Positions 25,802 to 28,704 of a DNA stretch of 28,704 nucleotides are shown piece after piece (position 1 is the stretch's first letter; each line of letters opens with the position of its first letter). The stretch covers positions 1-28,704 of IMG/VR virus record IMGVR_UViG_3300020042_000782; one strand, given 5' to 3'. The DNA comes from a virus. Taxonomy: Duplodnaviria; Caudoviricetes. The notes under the pieces were generated by a model that saw only the letters and a list, made by a program, of their open reading frames with translations, did no database searches and was not told the DNA's origin. The position numbers and the translations under genes were made by a program.

Positions 25802-26481
25802 ATCTGTCCTTCATATCTTCGTAGAAAAAGAAGCTGAGCATTCTCTAACACACGCTCAGCATCACCCTCATAAGCTTCCAACACTTTGTTGTATAGCTCA
25901 AGTTCATCTGTTGTGTCCCCAATTATCTTGGCTGCTTTCACTGGACCAACACGGAACAATCCTTTGATGTTATCAGCAGCATCACCTGTCAGCATCTGCG
26001 TGTACAACTTGACCAGAGCTTCCTCTGGTTTGATGTAGTAGCCTAGATGTTTAACAAAGTTGTAATGCCAACCAACAATCTGATCTAAGTCTTTGTCTAA
26101 AGACACAATGACACAATTGTCACCAAGCTTTGTAGCTTCAATGGCAATGGTGTCATCGGCTTCCTGACCCTCAGATATAGAAGCACCCCATTCTTTTACT
26201 AGATAATTTCTAAGGAAAGCTAGATGCTTAGGCTTAGGCTTGTCCACTCTATTACCTTTGTAAGGTACAGTGGTGGCTATCTGATATCGGAAGTTGTTCT
26301 TACCTGTCAGGTGCATGCTCCAACTATCCACGAAGCAATCAGGATAGATGTTATCAACACCACACATGAGAACATCAACGATTAAACGATCCAGTGTACG
26401 CTGTGCCGTTGCTTCGTCTTCGTCCTCACATGCGGATGCTGCCCGATAAGCGAAGATGTCGCTATCGAACAGAGCTTTCAT
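25780..26481 (-). CDS. 5'-3' exonuclease/flap endonuclease (T7 gp6/RNase H-like)
   Basis: ALFDSDIFAY, NNFR..YKGNR, EADD, SLDKDL, LTGDAADNIKGL..VGPVKA. Confidence 0.92.
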   Translation of the reverse strand: MKALFDSDIFAYRAASACEDEDEATAQRTLDRLIVDVLMCGVDNIYPDCFVDSWSMHLTGKNNFRYQIATTVPYKGNRVDKPKPKHLAFLRNYLVKEWGASISEGQEADDTIAIEATKLGDNCVIVSLDKDLDQIVGWHYNFVKHLGYYIKPEEALVKLYTQMLTGDAADNIKGLFRVGPVKAAKIIGDTTDELELYNKVLEAYEGDAERVLENAQLLFLRRYEGQIWTPPQT

Positions 26482-26901
26482 TTACAGAACATCCTCATCG
26501 TCTGCACTGATGCCACTAGCTGCAGAATACTCAACCAACTCAGTGACAACCAGCTTCTTCAACGAAGGGCTAACACCTTTCTTGTTCTTGTATGTCCAAG
26601 AGTATGAAGACACCAAGGCTTTGGCTTTGCTGCCATTACCAATTGCTTCAGTAATCTCATCGTTGTCAATGTCAAAGACACGCATAGGCTTCTCTGATTT
26701 GCAAGTGATGTACCTGCCCATGTCAGCCTTCTTGTCTTCACCAGTCTGAACACTGATGCCCATCTCTTCTAATGCTTCAACAGCAGCATCAGACAGATTG
26801 CATAAGTTCAACTGGAACTTACCAGACATCTCATTAATCTTAGTGTGTTGACACCAGAACAAATCAGCCTTAAGCTTAATAGCTTTCTTTTCTTCAGTCA
26901 T
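26482..26901 (-). CDS. Putative single-stranded DNA-binding protein (gp2.5-like)
   Basis: GGAG RBS before ATG 26901; IGNGSKA motif, acidic C-tail ADDEDVL; position between polA and exonuclease. Confidence 0.7.
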   Translation of the reverse strand: MTEEKKAIKLKADLFWCQHTKINEMSGKFQLNLCNLSDAAVEALEEMGISVQTGEDKKADMGRYITCKSEKPMRVFDIDNDEITEAIGNGSKAKALVSSYSWTYKNKKGVSPSLKKLVVTELVEYSAASGISADDEDVL

Positions 26902-26916
26902 AATTTTCTCCAATAT

Positions 26917-26941
26917 AAAAACCCACTAGTAACGTCAGTGG
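26917..26941 (-). terminator. Weak terminator-like hairpin at the end of polA
   Basis: Minus strand CCACTG-ACGTTAC-TAGTGG-G-TTTTT (5 Watson-Crick pairs plus a G-U). Confidence 0.3.
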
Positions 26942-28650
26942 CACTCACGCCAGTTGTTGCCAATCTTTCCTTCGGCATCCACTGGGCAACGGAACTTAAG
27001 AGCCTCTCCTGCTTTAGTTGCTGCTTGCTCTATGAGCCTAGCTGCTTCCTCTGCCTGATCTTCTCTCACTTCCCATTGTGTTTCGTCATGAACAAACGCT
27101 AACAGTTTAGCATTTATTCCCTTCTCTTGCAACAGCTTTGTTGATTCAATCAACCACTGTTTAGCAATGATAGCACCTGCACTTTGCAGCAATGTGTTCA
27201 ATGCTGCATGCTCAGATCTAACCCACACCCTGCGTCCATCCAGTGCAGGGAGGTGACCCTTAGCCATCAGCCTAGATATCTTCTTCTTCAAGGCAGAAAG
27301 GCCGGGTGTGTTATTGATAAAACTATCAATAAGTTTCTTGCCCCTGCTACTGTTACCGCCTACGATACTACCTGCCTTGGCTGCACCTGCACCATACAAC
27401 ACACCATAGGTCAGAGTCTTGGTGGTGTTCCTAGCCTTCTTATGCTCAGGATTGTTATCGTCCTTAACAGTGCCTCGTTCTACCAAGCCAAAGCTTTGTG
27501 CATTGAACCAGTGGATATCACCCTTAAGCAACTCATCCATCCACTCTTGGTCATTCAGGTAGTGGCCTAAGCAGCGAAGCTCAATGCCTGATAGGTCCAC
27601 ACCTACCTGTTTGTACCCCTTAGGTACACGCCACATCTCTCTGCACTCAGCACCGAAGGGGCTACCCACCGCAGGAACCTGTGCCATGTTAGGGCTACTG
27701 TGTGTAGCTCTGCCAGTGACAGCACCATTGGTAGTTACCCTACCATGCACCCTACCATCGTCACCCACTAGCTCAAGCCAACTGCTGATCTGAGCTACAC
27801 GCTTTTGAATCATTAAGTACTCAGCAATTATTTGTCCCTCTGGGAACACAACACCTTTCAAAGTGTCCTCATCCACTATAGGTTGACCCGTTGGGGTCAT
27901 CTTAGTTGGCTTCCATCCTAGCTTGATAAGCCTGTCACCAATCTGCTGCCTACTTCCGGGATTGAAGATGGTTACTTTGTCCTTCAATTGTTTGCCTGTC
28001 TTCTCAGAGAAGCGTTGCTCAACAATGGGAGGGAACACCTTCTGCATTTCCTCTTCAATGTCAGACATGCGTCCACTGAGTGTGGCGTTCAACACCATAG
28101 CTTTCTCCATGTCTAGCATGAAGCCATTGTTCTCCATGCCACGGCAGATGATGGCAACCTCATGCTCAAGCTGAATGCTTTGCGTGGAAAACCCTTCCTT
28201 CGTCATGGTTATTGTCAGAAAGTTGTACAGTTTTTCTAAAAGTTGAACATCTTGTTCACAATAAGTAGCCATCTCTTCTGACCATCCACTGTCGAAGTCA
28301 GTGAAACCAATCTTGTAACTACCTAAGCGATAGCCCCACGCCTCTAGGCTATGTAGTGTAGGGGCTTTGCCTTCCTTAGGAAGCACCACCTCAATGTCTG
28401 GTTTGTACAGGCGTGACATCACTAGGGTATCCACTAGGCTGTTGTCAGGAATGACAACACCCCATACCTTATTTAGTATGGGTGCGTCAAAGCCGATGAT
28501 GTTGTGGCCCACCACTTGCTCACCTTCTAAGTATTGCTGCAAGCTGTCGGCTTCCCGCCAGTGCCTCACTTCACCAGTGGTGTTGTGCTTAGTAACACAC
28601 AACCATATGGTGTCATGTTTCAGGTTTGTCTCTATGTCTAAGAAGATCAT
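26935..28650 (-). CDS. polA: Family A DNA polymerase with 3'-5' exonuclease domain
   Basis: FLDIET, GHNIIGFD, YCEQDV; motif A DLSGIELR, motif B RNTTKTLTYGVLYG, motif C VHDE; ATG 28650 with AAGGA RBS. Confidence 0.97.
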   Translation of the reverse strand: MIFLDIETNLKHDTIWLCVTKHNTTGEVRHWREADSLQQYLEGEQVVGHNIIGFDAPILNKVWGVVIPDNSLVDTLVMSRLYKPDIEVVLPKEGKAPTLHSLEAWGYRLGSYKIGFTDFDSGWSEEMATYCEQDVQLLEKLYNFLTITMTKEGFSTQSIQLEHEVAIICRGMENNGFMLDMEKAMVLNATLSGRMSDIEEEMQKVFPPIVEQRFSEKTGKQLKDKVTIFNPGSRQQIGDRLIKLGWKPTKMTPTGQPIVDEDTLKGVVFPEGQIIAEYLMIQKRVAQISSWLELVGDDGRVHGRVTTNGAVTGRATHSSPNMAQVPAVGSPFGAECREMWRVPKGYKQVGVDLSGIELRCLGHYLNDQEWMDELLKGDIHWFNAQSFGLVERGTVKDDNNPEHKKARNTTKTLTYGVLYGAGAAKAGSIVGGNSSRGKKLIDSFINNTPGLSALKKKISRLMAKGHLPALDGRRVWVRSEHAALNTLLQSAGAIIAKQWLIESTKLLQEKGINAKLLAFVHDETQWEVREDQAEEAARLIEQAATKAGEALKFRCPVDAEGKIGNNWRECH

Positions 28651-28704
28651 CGTCCTTGTCCTTATCATTTTGTCGGAGATTGTTAACATCTACCGACTGT
28701 TTGT

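Noticed and set aside
20884-28650. Inteins or introns in nrdA, nrdB, thyX or polA; DnaJ-like insert in PolA
   Set aside because: All are compact and continuous with motifs at normal spacing; no CxxCxGxG repeats
1-28704. T7-type phage promoter repeats, tRNAs, integrase or att sites
   Set aside because: None seen by eye; recurring intergenic TAAGGA is just stop codon plus RBS

Overview
28.7-kb internal segment of a dsDNA tailed-phage genome, most likely a lytic podovirus-like phage of a Gram-negative host (embedded Rz/Rz1 spanins, T7-type Tyr762 PolA). There are two convergent arms. The + arm (1-20084) carries a tail-fibre/adhesin block (fibre, two adaptor-like proteins, four glycine-rich-domain paralogues, one with a LamG insertion), an expanded lysis/membrane cassette with four micro-ORFs missing from the ORF track, a GH19 endolysin, a small HExxH peptidase-like gene and five putative internal-virion (ejection) genes. 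The - arm (28650-20067) carries PolA, SSB, 5'-3' exonuclease, DUF6378-like, HNH, ThyX, class I RNR alpha/beta, an RMF-like small protein and a PD-(D/E)xK-like protein. The most interesting signal is the ejection block: a 709-aa protein with about 20 in-register 11-residue Q/N repeats (phiX174-H-like DNA tube), a 1680-aa protein whose C-terminal third looks like an ADP-ribosyltransferase cargo bracketed by Phi-A/N-x-G-G motifs, a short GL[LMAI]S[RL] tag shared by four of the genes, and a translationally coupled peptidase in front. All calls come from reading motifs by eye; no searches were run.
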